From Candidatus Nanoarchaeia archaeon (GTDB lineage: Archaea; Nanobdellota; Nanobdellia; Woesearchaeales; GW2011-AR4): a stretch of DNA of 64,000 nt. This document shows, piece by piece, positions 9,525 through 18,975 of the stretch. The notes below the pieces were generated by a model. That model did no database searches and was not told the origin of the DNA. It saw only the letters and a list, made by a program, of their open reading frames with translations. The stretch spans positions 36,495 through 100,494 of the forward strand of contig DATDOM010000093.1 of NCBI GenBank assembly GCA_035293285.1. The letters run 5' to 3'. Position 1 is the first letter of the stretch, and each line of letters opens with the position of its first letter. The position numbers and the translations under genes were made by a program.

Positions 9525-11000
9525 ATGCCTAATCACAATGTCTCAAGGGCGATGTCAACACAGCATCCTGACAACGTCAGCAACCCGTTCTTCACACACA
9601 ATTCTGAAATTGCAGGAGATGACGAGATAAAAGAGGCTTTTTACACTTATTCGCACATGCACTGCAAAGAACAGCTTTGGGACTGTGAGGGAAAGGAAGT
9701 TGACAATTATGTTGTGAAGAAGCTTTTTGCAAATTACGAGCCATATTTTAGAAAACACAAGCTCGGAAAAGACCTATTCTTGACTTTGAGAGTTCCAAAC
9801 CCCGATGTTGAAAAGAATGAAGCCAAAATCTTGCTTGAAACTCTTGAAAGCATTCCGAGAAACTTTGATGCCGCAAAACTTTTCTATGGGGAAGACATCG
9901 CGCCGATTTTTGAAATTGCGCTTCCAATGGCGTCCGATTACAGGCAATTGACAAGGATATCCCAATACTATAAAGAACATGTTGTCGGCAAGCAGCACAG
10001 CAAGCTTGGAAATGACATAAAAATTTCTGAATGGATTGGAAAATTCCAGCCTGAGAGCCTGAGGATGATTCCATTAATTGAGGAAAAAGAATACATCCTA
10101 AATCCTGAAAAAATCGTGGAAAAATATGTTTTGGGAGAGAAAATAAAGGAATATCAGAGGGTGTGGCTTGCAAGAAGCGACCCTGCACTTAACTACGGAA
10201 ATCTTGCAACAGTGCTTATGCTCAAAGTTTCACTTCAGAAAATAAGAAAGCTGCAAAAAAAGCTCTCAATAGACATGCTTCCTATTTTAGGATGCGGCAG
10301 CGCGCCGTTTCGTGGAAACTTCAAGCCGACAAATATAAAAAACTGCATAGCAGGCTATCCAAGCGTGCACACATATACTTTACAGTCAGCTTTCAAGTAT
10401 GACTACAACATAAAGGATGTAAATAATGCAGTTGAAGTGCTCAACAATTCGAGGCCGTCAGAGCCTGTTTCAGTTAACGAAAAACTTTGCATTCCAATAA
10501 TCGAGAAGCTTACAAAAGAATACCAAAAACAAATCAAGATACTTGTACCAATGATCAATGAGATGGTTCCTTATATCCCTTCAAGAAGGAAAAGAAAGCT
10601 GCACATAGGCCTTTTTGGGTATTCGAGAAACATGGGAGGAGTTAAGCTGCCAAGGGCGATAACATTTTGCGCATCACTTTATTCATACGGGCTTCCGCCT
10701 GAACTTATATCACTTGATTGCCTTAACCAAAAAGAACTTGATTTTATCAGGACATTCTATACCAACTTTGATAATGACTTAAGGGATTCGCTTACATTCC
10801 TAAACGAAGATAACCTTGATTTGTTCCCTCTCGAAATTTCAAAAAAAATCAAAAAAATAAGCAAGATGACTGACTTTGAGCCAAACGAGGCGCACAAGAA
10901 AATTACATCAATAATTGCACAGGATTTAAGCAAAAGAGACCACAAGCTGATTTCAGAAAACGTGACAAGGGCAGGATTTGTAAGGGGATTTTTGGGATAA
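9525..11000 (+). CDS. ppcA: Archaeal-type phosphoenolpyruvate carboxylase
   Basis: MSTQHPDN, WDCEGK, LARSDPALNYG, GSAPFRG, LPRAITF; 491 aa. Confidence 0.93.
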   Translation: MPNHNVSRAMSTQHPDNVSNPFFTHNSEIAGDDEIKEAFYTYSHMHCKEQLWDCEGKEVDNYVVKKLFANYEPYFRKHKLGKDLFLTLRVPNPDVEKNEAKILLETLESIPRNFDAAKLFYGEDIAPIFEIALPMASDYRQLTRISQYYKEHVVGKQHSKLGNDIKISEWIGKFQPESLRMIPLIEEKEYILNPEKIVEKYVLGEKIKEYQRVWLARSDPALNYGNLATVLMLKVSLQKIRKLQKKLSIDMLPILGCGSAPFRGNFKPTNIKNCIAGYPSVHTYTLQSAFKYDYNIKDVNNAVEVLNNSRPSEPVSVNEKLCIPIIEKLTKEYQKQIKILVPMINEMVPYIPSRRKRKLHIGLFGYSRNMGGVKLPRAITFCASLYSYGLPPELISLDCLNQKELDFIRTFYTNFDNDLRDSLTFLNEDNLDLFPLEISKKIKKISKMTDFEPNEAHKKITSIIAQDLSKRDHKLISENVTRAGFVRGFLG

Positions 11001-11001
11001 A

Positions 11002-12105
11002 ATGAAGCAGCTTTCGTCGCTTGAGATTCATTATTTGTCAAAGGAAATTTCTGATTTAAAGGACTCAAGGATTGACAAGATTTACCAGCCTGAAAAGAAT
11101 TTAATTTACTTCAGCCTTTACAAGTCAGGGCAGGGCAAGAAAATCCTTTCAATAAATGTCGGCAAGTCGCTTTTCATTTCTGAAAGCAAGGATTATGGGG
11201 AAACACTTGGATTTGGGATGCTTTTGAGAAAATACCTTGACGGAAACTTCCTTACTTCAATTGAGCAAGTTAATTCTGAGAGAATTGTAAAGTTTACATT
11301 TAATCTTAAGGATGACAAAAAACACCTTTATGTTGAATTTTTTGGAAAAGGAAATGCAATCCTTTGCAGTTCTGATGACATTATTATCAATGCGCTTGAG
11401 CATCACGAGTTTAAAGACAGGACAATAAAGCCAAAAATAAAGTATGAAAACCCGTCCAAAAAATTTGACATGTTCAAGCTTACTCAAAAAGAACTAAATG
11501 AGATGCTTTCAAGCTCAAAAAAAGACTCAATTGTAACGTGCCTTGCAACTGAGCTTGGGCTTGGGGGGATTTATTCTGAAGAGGCTTGCTTAAATTCGAA
11601 AATTTCAAAGAATTCCGCTCCAAAAGATATTGATGAAAAATTTGCTGCTATCTTGCTTGCATCAGTCAAGAAATTAATTTCCAAAAAAATCAGCGCAAAA
11701 GCAGTTTTTGAAAATGGAAACGTGATTGATGCCGTGCCTTTTGATATGGAGATTTATGCTTTAAAGGAAAAAAAGGATTTTGAGAGCTTTAGCTCGTCCC
11801 TTGAATTTTATTATTCGCAGTTTAAGGAAGTGAAGGAGACAAAGCAGGAGAAGGAGCTAAAATCAATGCAAAAAATGATTGAGATGCAACAAGCCAAAAT
11901 TTCCGAGTTTGAAGCAGAAGAAAAGGAACTCAGGGAGAAAGGAGAGCTTATTTATCAAAAATATTCTCTTGTCAAGAATGTGATGGATGAGCTGAACAAA
12001 ATTTCTTTAAAGCATTCGTGGAAGGAGATTAAAGAGAAGCTCAAAGGGCACAAAGTAATCAAAGAGATTAATGAGAAAGAGAAGAAAATAATTATTGAGG
12101 TTTGA
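11002..12105 (+). CDS. NFACT/Rqc2 family protein, N-terminal domain plus coiled coil only
   Basis: LSSLEI..RIDKIYQ, FGMLLRKYL, ERIV.F, LYVEFFGKGNAIL, GLGGIYSEE. Confidence 0.8.
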   Translation: MKQLSSLEIHYLSKEISDLKDSRIDKIYQPEKNLIYFSLYKSGQGKKILSINVGKSLFISESKDYGETLGFGMLLRKYLDGNFLTSIEQVNSERIVKFTFNLKDDKKHLYVEFFGKGNAILCSSDDIIINALEHHEFKDRTIKPKIKYENPSKKFDMFKLTQKELNEMLSSSKKDSIVTCLATELGLGGIYSEEACLNSKISKNSAPKDIDEKFAAILLASVKKLISKKISAKAVFENGNVIDAVPFDMEIYALKEKKDFESFSSSLEFYYSQFKEVKETKQEKELKSMQKMIEMQQAKISEFEAEEKELREKGELIYQKYSLVKNVMDELNKISLKHSWKEIKEKLKGHKVIKEINEKEKKIIIEV

Positions 12106-12200
12106 TTGAGTAGACATCATTAAATCTTTCTGCTTTATACGTTCCAGCAGGCAAATTGCCCCTTACACATTCTAAAATCAAAATAGAAGTTAGCCTACCT

Positions 12201-12422
12201 ATATGGTTTTCCCCGTTAAGCGCTAAAGCTCTGGCTTTGGACGATAAAATCGGAAGTTTTGAGCCTGGAAAAGAAGCTGATTTCCTTGTTATCAGAGATC
12301 CAAACACGCTTGGCAGATTTAATCTGAACAAAAAGCCTGAAGAAATTCTTTTAAGAATTATTTATGGAGCTACAAAAGAGCATATAGAGCAGGTTTATGT
12401 TCAAGGCAATCGGTTAAAATAA
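12201..12422 (+). pseudogene. C-terminal fragment of an amidohydrolase (guanine deaminase-like); 5' boundary approximate
   Basis: AKALALDDKIGSFEPGKEADFLV...IEQVYVQG is the amidohydrolase C-terminal signature; catalytic barrel absent. Confidence 0.7.
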
Positions 12423-12440
12423 ATTTCCTTTAATTCAAAC

Positions 12441-13124
12441 CTATTTCAGATTCTTAAAAGACTTGCTTATTTTTTCATTCCAGAATTCAGGAAGGCTGAA
12501 TGACAGCAACCCTTCAAATTCATCATCCCAGACATAAGTGTATTTTTCCTTGTCATCTTTGTTCTTGAACATTTTTGATGCTTTTTCATACATTTCCTTT
12601 ATTGCCTTTCTTTCAAAAGTTGATTGTAATAGGCTTGGCTCTTTAAACATCAAAGTGTCTGCCAGCCTTAATACATTGACGTCAACCAATGCCGAGTTTT
12701 GGGTTATGATGATTAATGTGAGGTTTTTATGCCTCGCAATTGCCATGAACTTGCTTAATTCCTTGTTCGGGCTTTTCATTGAATCTCGTGACGAGAACAA
12801 AATTGCGCCTTCGTCAATCAATGCTATTGAATTGTTTGGCACGCTTTCAATATTTTCTGACTTTTTTATGCTCCACGGAAGCTTTGCCTCTTCAAAACCT
12901 AAGCAATAGCACTTTCTTTTTGATTTTTTCATGAATAACTCAATTAATTTCATCCCAAAGGCAGTCTTTCCTGAGCCTCTTTTGCCTACTATTAGAATTA
13001 TTAGGCTTGTGTTTAGCAGCTTTTTGTAGAATGTTTCATAGTCTCCTTTCTTTGTTTCTTCAACTTCAAAAGGCTGATAATTAGTGTTTTTCTCTGTTTT
13101 TCTGAAAATGTCCAATATTCCCAT
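12441..13124 (-). CDS. P-loop ATPase, Zot/FtsK-HerA-like
   Basis: IVGKRGSGKT, LIDEG, ARHKNLTLIIITQ; probable start MGILD at 13124. Confidence 0.7.
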   Translation of the reverse strand: MGILDIFRKTEKNTNYQPFEVEETKKGDYETFYKKLLNTSLIILIVGKRGSGKTAFGMKLIELFMKKSKRKCYCLGFEEAKLPWSIKKSENIESVPNNSIALIDEGAILFSSRDSMKSPNKELSKFMAIARHKNLTLIIITQNSALVDVNVLRLADTLMFKEPSLLQSTFERKAIKEMYEKASKMFKNKDDKEKYTYVWDDEFEGLLSFSLPEFWNEKISKSFKNLK

Positions 13125-13227
13125 GAAAATGACTATATCTGATTGGTATAAAAAGGATTTGGTGAATTTGACTTGTGTCACAAAAATAAGGGAAAGTTTA
13201 TTAAGAAAATATTAAAGTTATGATATA

Positions 13228-13590
13228 GTGGATAACGATACAACTATAGAAGAATTGAAAAATAAAGTAAAAAAATTCTGTGAAGAAAGAGACTGGGATC
13301 AATATCACAATGCAAAAGATTTAGCTATAGGTATTATAACAGAATCTTCTGAATTACTCGAACATTTTAGATTTAAATCAGAAAAAGAGATTGAAGGGTA
13401 TTTTGAAATTCCAGAAAAGAAAAAAGAAATTTCTGAAGAATTATCTGATATATTATATTTTGTTTTGAGACTATCACAAAAATATAATATAGACTTAACA
13501 ACGGAATTGAGTAAAAAAATTCAAAAAAACAAAGAAAAATACCCTGTTGAAAAATCTAGAGGGTCTAATAAAAAATATGATGAGATTTAA
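13228..13590 (+). CDS. MazG-like nucleotide pyrophosphohydrolase (DCTPP1-like)
   Basis: F..ERDWDQYHNAKDLA..I..E..ELLEHF, EELSD, KYPVEKSRG. Confidence 0.9.
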   Translation: MDNDTTIEELKNKVKKFCEERDWDQYHNAKDLAIGIITESSELLEHFRFKSEKEIEGYFEIPEKKKEISEELSDILYFVLRLSQKYNIDLTTELSKKIQKNKEKYPVEKSRGSNKKYDEI

Positions 13591-13592
13591 AA

Positions 13593-15587
13593 ATGCTGAA
13601 TAGACTAACAATTTATAACGCACCGAAAAAGCAATTTTTTAGTGATGTTTTAGTTAATAAATTTGCAGATATAATGCAAGAAAATTTTTCAAATTCTTAT
13701 GGTCAAAAAGTAGGAGATTCCGAGTTTAATTCTTGGATAGATACTGGAAAAGTAATTAAAAATTTAATTGAGCTTGGCGGTTTAGAAAATATTTATGTTT
13801 CATTTGAATATCAGATTCCTTATAGGCAACAAAGAATTGATTGTTTATTATTTGGAAAAAATAAAAATGGAAAGGGTACAGTCATACATATTGAGATGAA
13901 ACAATGGAAACAAGTAGAAGCATTAGAATGTGAAGGGAATTTTATTGAAACTTATACTGGAAGAGATAAACGAAAGGTCGCACACCCTTCACAACAAGTT
14001 CAAGGATACCATAATTATTTAATTGGATTTGTAGAAATATTTGAAGAAAATGAAACATGTTTATTTGGTTATGCTTATTGTCCAAATTACGATAAAAAAG
14101 AAGGAGAAGGGTTGTTTGACGCAAAATATAGTGAAGTTGTTAATAAGTTTCCTATTTACACAAAAAAGGATATAGAAAAATTGGCAGATAGATTGAAAGA
14201 ATTATTGTGCCAGGAAGACGGTTTCGACATATTTAATAAATTTATGAACTCTCCCATAAGACCTTCGAGAAAACTTTTGGATAGTGCATCAAAAGTTATT
14301 AAACAAGAATCTGATTTTAATTTAATCGATGATCAAATATATGCAAGAAATGTGATTATTGATAAAATAAAAAGAGGAGAAACAAAAAACGAAAAAAATG
14401 TAGTCATCGTAAAGGGTGGACCTGGTACTGGAAAAACAGTAATTGCCTTACATATTTTAGCAGAATTTTCAGGACATAAAGATAAAAAATACAAAATCTT
14501 TTTTTCATCAAGGTCAAAACCATTAATTGAAGCAATAAAATATAAAATGGAAAGGGGGCAAAAAGCTGGAGAAGTTAATGCAAAAATACTTTTTACAAGT
14601 TTGCATCCATATTCCCCAACAAGGATATCTGAATGTGATTTAGACATTTTAATTGTTGATGAAGCACACAGAATTGGGGAAAAATCAGACCATAGATTTA
14701 CTAAAAAAGAGTATAGAACTAATATGCCTCAAGTTGAACAATTAATCAGATGTGCAAAAACATCTATTTTTTTTATTGATGATAAGCAAGTTATTAGGGG
14801 GGCAGAAGTAGGAAATACCCAATTAATCAAAAGAACCGCTGAGAGTCTGGGAAGAAACATTGAAGAATGGGAATTGACTTCGCAGTTTAGATGTAATGGG
14901 TCGGATAATTATTTGGATTGGTTAGAATCTATATTAGGGTACACAACTGAAAAACGAATTCTTAAAAAAGAGGATAATTTTGATTTTCAAATTATAGATT
15001 CTCCAGATAGACTTTACGAAATAATAAAAGGAAAAAATTCCTTGAAGAAAATGAGTGCAAGAATTGTTGCAGGCTATTGTTGGCCTTGGTCTACAAAATT
15101 AAATGCTAACGGGGAGTTAGCAAACGATGTTAAAATTGGAAACTTTGAAATGCCTTGGGAGACTCACGGAGACATTAAGCCTCCAGAAGGTTATGTTAAG
15201 TGGTATGAATGGGCATATAAACCTGAAGGAATTAAACAAGTTGGATGTATTTATACTGCGCAGGGTTTTGAGTTTGATTATATAGGGGTAATTATAGGTT
15301 CTGACCTAAAATATGATAAACTAAGAGATTGTTTAGTTGGAAATATTTTGGGTACAAAAGACCCAATTCTTAAGAGAAGCAAAGATAGATTTGATGAATA
15401 TGTAAGAAATATTTATCGAGTTTTAATGTCTAGGGGAATGAAAGGATGCTTCGTCTATTTTGTTGATAGGGAAGTTGAGAATTATTTTAAGTCAAGAATC
15501 CATTATGTAGACTCTTTTAATGATTATATCTCTCAATCATCTGATAAATTGGTCATAGCAGAAAAACAAAAAGAATACAAAAAATAA
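13593..15587 (+). CDS. DUF2075 (Schlafen group 3-like) helicase with N-terminal PD-(D/E)XK-like domain
   Basis: GGPGTGKT, IVDEAHR, QFRC.GS, AGYCWPW, GCIYTAQGFEFDY, YRVLMSRG; N-terminal EY..RID..IEMKQW. Confidence 0.88.
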   Translation: MLNRLTIYNAPKKQFFSDVLVNKFADIMQENFSNSYGQKVGDSEFNSWIDTGKVIKNLIELGGLENIYVSFEYQIPYRQQRIDCLLFGKNKNGKGTVIHIEMKQWKQVEALECEGNFIETYTGRDKRKVAHPSQQVQGYHNYLIGFVEIFEENETCLFGYAYCPNYDKKEGEGLFDAKYSEVVNKFPIYTKKDIEKLADRLKELLCQEDGFDIFNKFMNSPIRPSRKLLDSASKVIKQESDFNLIDDQIYARNVIIDKIKRGETKNEKNVVIVKGGPGTGKTVIALHILAEFSGHKDKKYKIFFSSRSKPLIEAIKYKMERGQKAGEVNAKILFTSLHPYSPTRISECDLDILIVDEAHRIGEKSDHRFTKKEYRTNMPQVEQLIRCAKTSIFFIDDKQVIRGAEVGNTQLIKRTAESLGRNIEEWELTSQFRCNGSDNYLDWLESILGYTTEKRILKKEDNFDFQIIDSPDRLYEIIKGKNSLKKMSARIVAGYCWPWSTKLNANGELANDVKIGNFEMPWETHGDIKPPEGYVKWYEWAYKPEGIKQVGCIYTAQGFEFDYIGVIIGSDLKYDKLRDCLVGNILGTKDPILKRSKDRFDEYVRNIYRVLMSRGMKGCFVYFVDREVENYFKSRIHYVDSFNDYISQSSDKLVIAEKQKEYKK

Positions 15588-15590
15588 ACT

Positions 15591-16040
15591 TCAATTCTTA
15601 TGCTTAATTTCAATTAAAAACATTCTTCCGTCTGTTGAAAGCAGTTTGATATCAACCAAGTCTTCTTTATGCAGATTGTTAGTCAGTTCTTTTGGAAACC
15701 TAAAAAAGAACGTTTTACCATCATAATTCATGTTTCTTTCTACTGTTATTGTATTTTCATTTAGTAATTGTTTAACTATGAGGAATTTTTCAAATTTCTT
15801 GGCCTGTTCAAAATCAACATATTCTTTTTTGCACGTCTTGCACTGCCAAACATCATAAGCAAACTCAATATGACCATAAGATACTTTTTTGCCTGTCAAA
15901 ACAGTCTTTTTCCCATGGCATTGAAAAGGCCCTTTAAACGAGCTTTCTTCTAACTTGATATTGGCTTCTTGCCCCATATCTCTTGTTTTAAGATTATAAA
16001 ACGGCTCTTTTTCAAGTTCTTGCTGATATTTGGATTTCAT
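15591..16040 (-). CDS. Putative antitoxin: zinc-ribbon plus AbrB-like domain
   Basis: CH...CxxC (FQCHG, WQCKTC) followed by GKTFFFRFPKEL...LHKED.V. Confidence 0.55.
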   Translation of the reverse strand: MKSKYQQELEKEPFYNLKTRDMGQEANIKLEESSFKGPFQCHGKKTVLTGKKVSYGHIEFAYDVWQCKTCKKEYVDFEQAKKFEKFLIVKQLLNENTITVERNMNYDGKTFFFRFPKELTNNLHKEDLVDIKLLSTDGRMFLIEIKHKN

Positions 16041-16297
16041 TTTTTATTATACCTGTTTATTTGCGGTTCTGATGATGGATAAGCCGTTATGACATTTGCA
16101 ATTGGCTCATCATATTTGAATATCATAGTTATGTAACGAACATAGTGTGTTATTGATATGTAAATTTTATCTTCTTGCCTGATAATTTTAGGCTTTCCGT
16201 GTTTAATTGCCTCCCAGAGTTCATCTATTCCTATGCCATGTTTGTATAATATTTTCTCCTGAACGTCCGGACTTATATGCAATTTTAAGTTTTTCAT
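16037..16297 (-). CDS. Putative BrnT/DUF4258-like RNase toxin
   Basis: 86 aa, K..KHGI start and VITAYP end; 4-bp overlap with partner gene. Confidence 0.55.
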   Translation of the reverse strand: MKNLKLHISPDVQEKILYKHGIGIDELWEAIKHGKPKIIRQEDKIYISITHYVRYITMIFKYDEPIANVITAYPSSEPQINRYNKK

Positions 16298-16350
16298 GGC
16301 AATAAATTTTGTACTTCATATAGTACGCTGAATAGTACGTTTATATAAAC

Positions 16351-17010
16351 CTATCTGACAATTAATGAATTATAACTATGGTTTCCAACAATCAAATGAT
16401 CAAGAACTTTTATTCCAATTAAATCTCCAGTTTCAACAAGCACCCTATTAACTCTGTAGTCTTCATCTGAAGGTTCAACATTTCCTGATGGATGATTATG
16501 AACCAATATAATAGAATTAGCAGAGTTCTTTATTGCTTCCTTAAACACCTCCCTAGGATGAACCAATGAAGAATTCAATGTCCCGATTGAAATAACTTCA
16601 TCTTTGATTATTTTGTTTTTGGAATCAAGAAACACTGCAATAAAATGCTCTTTTTTCAAATCCTTGAGCTTTTCAATATAGTATGAAGCGATATCTGAAG
16701 GGTTTTTAATCACTTTCTCGCAGATTTTGCCTGAATTGACTCTTTTGCTTAGCTCAAATGCAGCAATGATTTTAGCCCCTTTGGCTAAGCCTATGCCTTT
16801 TATTTTCATTAGTTCCTGTAAAGACAGGGAATTAAGGTTTTCAAGCCCAAAACTGGAAATTAGCCTGTTTGATAAATCCAGGACATTTTCTCCTTTGGTG
16901 CCTTTTTCAAGAATCAAAGCAAGCAATTCAGGATCACTAAGGAAGCTAGAATTACTGGATTTTAATCTCTCCCTCGGCCTTTGTTCTAAGGCAATATCTT
17001 TCATCAGCAT
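16351..17010 (-). CDS. radC: RadC family JAB-domain protein
   Basis: RPRERL, KGIG.AK, VHPREVF, HNHPSG..PS.ED, LDHLI. Confidence 0.93.
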   Translation of the reverse strand: MLMKDIALEQRPRERLKSSNSSFLSDPELLALILEKGTKGENVLDLSNRLISSFGLENLNSLSLQELMKIKGIGLAKGAKIIAAFELSKRVNSGKICEKVIKNPSDIASYYIEKLKDLKKEHFIAVFLDSKNKIIKDEVISIGTLNSSLVHPREVFKEAIKNSANSIILVHNHPSGNVEPSDEDYRVNRVLVETGDLIGIKVLDHLIVGNHSYNSLIVR

Positions 17011-17077
17011 TCTAGTAAGAACATCATAAAACTATTAATAATTGACACTTATAAATTGTATAAAAATACAAAATATC

Positions 17078-17500
17078 CTAATAAAATTCCTCCAAAAACT
17101 CCTTTGGGCTTAGAATCCTTACACCTTTATAATTTTTCAAAGAAAGCAAGTGATTATCTCCGGATATTATAATTGATTTAATTGATAAAGCACAATTTAT
17201 GAATTTATTATCTTCTTCATCATTCAAAACTGCATTTTCATCAAAAGAAGATTTGGTCAAAACTGATTTATCAATAAGATTATCCATAATGAATTTTTTG
17301 TAATCAGCACCAATATATTTTTTGAACAACGGCCTTTCTATAACTTTTTTAATTTCATCTAAAATCTCATATGTTACATAGTTGACAATCTCATCTTTTA
17401 ACAATAACTCGAAGATTTTTGCGGGATTGCCATCACTTGAAATGGCAGCAGATATTATGATATTTGTATCTAAAACTACTTTAACCTTTTCTTGACTCAT
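17078..17500 (-). CDS. PIN-domain toxin (VapC-like)
   Basis: VVLDTNIIISA, D.EDNKFI.CA, ISGDNHLL. Confidence 0.88.
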   Translation of the reverse strand: MSQEKVKVVLDTNIIISAAISSDGNPAKIFELLLKDEIVNYVTYEILDEIKKVIERPLFKKYIGADYKKFIMDNLIDKSVLTKSSFDENAVLNDEEDNKFINCALSIKSIIISGDNHLLSLKNYKGVRILSPKEFLEEFY

Positions 17501-17726
17501 TTATCTCTTCCCCAATCTTTTCAGGAGACAATTTTTTTGTATTGTCCCTGAATTTTTTGAATTCCTTAACCAACGAAGTTGTATCCACTTTTTTCATAAC
17601 TATTGTGTTTTTATCAAAGGCACTAACTGCGAATATTGTATTTTCAAGAGCTCCTACTTCTTCCCTTATTTCCTTAGGTATTATGATTTGCCCTCTTTGC
17701 GACATTTTAGCTGTTTCTATGTTCAT
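17481..17726 (-). CDS. AbrB/MazE/SpoVT antitoxin
   Basis: KMSQRGQIIIPKEIRE; overlaps the PIN gene start. Confidence 0.88.
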   Translation of the reverse strand: MNIETAKMSQRGQIIIPKEIREEVGALENTIFAVSAFDKNTIVMKKVDTTSLVKEFKKFRDNTKKLSPEKIGEEINESRKG

Positions 17727-17849
17727 TTTGAATCACCAGTTAAAAGTACGTTTTACGTATTTATAAACTTTACGTAATATTGTAAACTTATCACTATTGG
17801 TAAGCTATTTGATTTAATATTAATACTAAATTCTTATAATTTCTATAAA

Positions 17850-18215
17850 TTAAACATTCTTTGCAGAAACGGCAATACTAGTATTGGCACCAAAATCCTG
17901 TTTATTTTTTATTCCCAAATTTCTTTCAACCTGTTCATCCACCACAGCCCAGTAAAACTCTATAAACTTCTGAACTTTTTTATTTTTTATGTTAAGCCTG
18001 TACATTTGCGCCCTGCCTACTTTTCTTACAAGAGTTATCCACTTATCTTTCAAAAGCTCCTTTTTTAGCTGCTTGACTGAAGGATAGCTTACATTTGAGA
18101 ACTTGGCAATATCTTTAAGTGAATAATCAAAATCCTGAGAAACTATCAGAAAATCAAGTACCTTGTTTTTCGGACTGCTCCCTTCTATTTCCAAAAATGC
18201 GGATTTTTCTGTCAT
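17850..18215 (-). CDS. Winged-HTH protein
   Basis: KVLDFL..DYSLKDIAKFSNVSY..L..RKVGRAQMYRLN. Confidence 0.7.
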   Translation of the reverse strand: MTEKSAFLEIEGSSPKNKVLDFLIVSQDFDYSLKDIAKFSNVSYPSVKQLKKELLKDKWITLVRKVGRAQMYRLNIKNKKVQKFIEFYWAVVDEQVERNLGIKNKQDFGANTSIAVSAKNV

Positions 18216-18253
18216 AATTTGTGATAAAACTCCTAAATATAAAAAGCTTTCTT

Positions 18254-18273
18254 TTTATCCTATAAGGGATAAA
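18254..18273. promoter_or_regulatory. Palindromic operator candidate at the wHTH gene promoter
   Basis: tttatcc-N6-ggataaa next to a minus-strand TATA box. Confidence 0.4.
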
Positions 18274-18287
18274 TTTTTATCTCTTAC

Positions 18288-18584
18288 TTATAGCATCAAT
18301 ACCATTGGAATTATGGAGCAGCTTCCTGTTTCTTTAGTAATCTCCTTTATTTTATCAAATCTGTCCATGTTAAGATAATACTTCCATCCATGCTCTTTTT
18401 TCTTTTTTTGGCAGATGTTTTGCTTGACTAATGATTCAAGCACAACTTTTCCTATTTCTTTGCTTGGAAGGCCGGAAAGCACATTTTCCCCATACATTGA
18501 GCCTTTGCCATAGCAAGTTGATTTGTGAAGCTTTCTGACTATGAACCTGCTGTATTTGACATAATCACTTTTGTGAACTTTCAT
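18288..18584 (-). CDS. Small basic hypothetical protein (possible wHTH-like)
   Basis: 98 aa ORF with its own upstream TATA-like box; L..LVK..I..KKK.HG..Y.LN. Confidence 0.55.
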   Translation of the reverse strand: MKVHKSDYVKYSRFIVRKLHKSTCYGKGSMYGENVLSGLPSKEIGKVVLESLVKQNICQKKKKEHGWKYYLNMDRFDKIKEITKETGSCSIIPMVLML

Positions 18585-18698
18585 ATAAAATTACACTAAA
18601 AGAATTATCAATTTATTAAAACTCACTCTATAAAATATAAATTTTTACAGGATTTTTGCTTTAGAAACCTTTTTAAACCCTCCATTCATTCTTGGTAT

Positions 18699-18811
18699 TG
18701 GACGGTCATAGGGGCCTGGTTCACCCGATCCCATTCCGAACTCGGCAGTTAAGAAAGCCTCCGTTTCCAATTGTACTGCACTTACGTGCGGGAACCTGGG
18801 AAAGCTGTCCA
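18699..18811 (+). rRNA. rrf: 5S rRNA (stand-alone)
   Basis: tggacggt...gctgtcca terminal helix; conserved cacccgatcccattccgaactcggcagttaag; upstream gaaacctttttaaa promoter and downstream T-run. Confidence 0.92.
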
Positions 18812-18871
18812 CCTTTTTTTCAAATTTTTGAAACTCGTTTGAATTGTTCTCTAGCTATCTTATATTCAATT

Positions 18872-18940
18872 CTCACCCTAATGGGGTGAGTTATGCGGGT
18901 TTTGTGAACAATGTATGCCGAGCTAATGGCGAGGCGTAAC
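18872..18940 (+). repeat. Family A structured repeat, copy A1
   Basis: ctcaccc-taatg-gggtgag hairpin plus core acaatgtatgccgagc...ggcgaggc shared with A2 and A3. Confidence 0.85.
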
Positions 18941-18975
18941 CAAATAAGGATTTAATATAGAATAACTCCAAACAA

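Noticed and set aside
18692..18889. 65-aa ORF
   Set aside because: Overlaps the 5S rRNA; spurious
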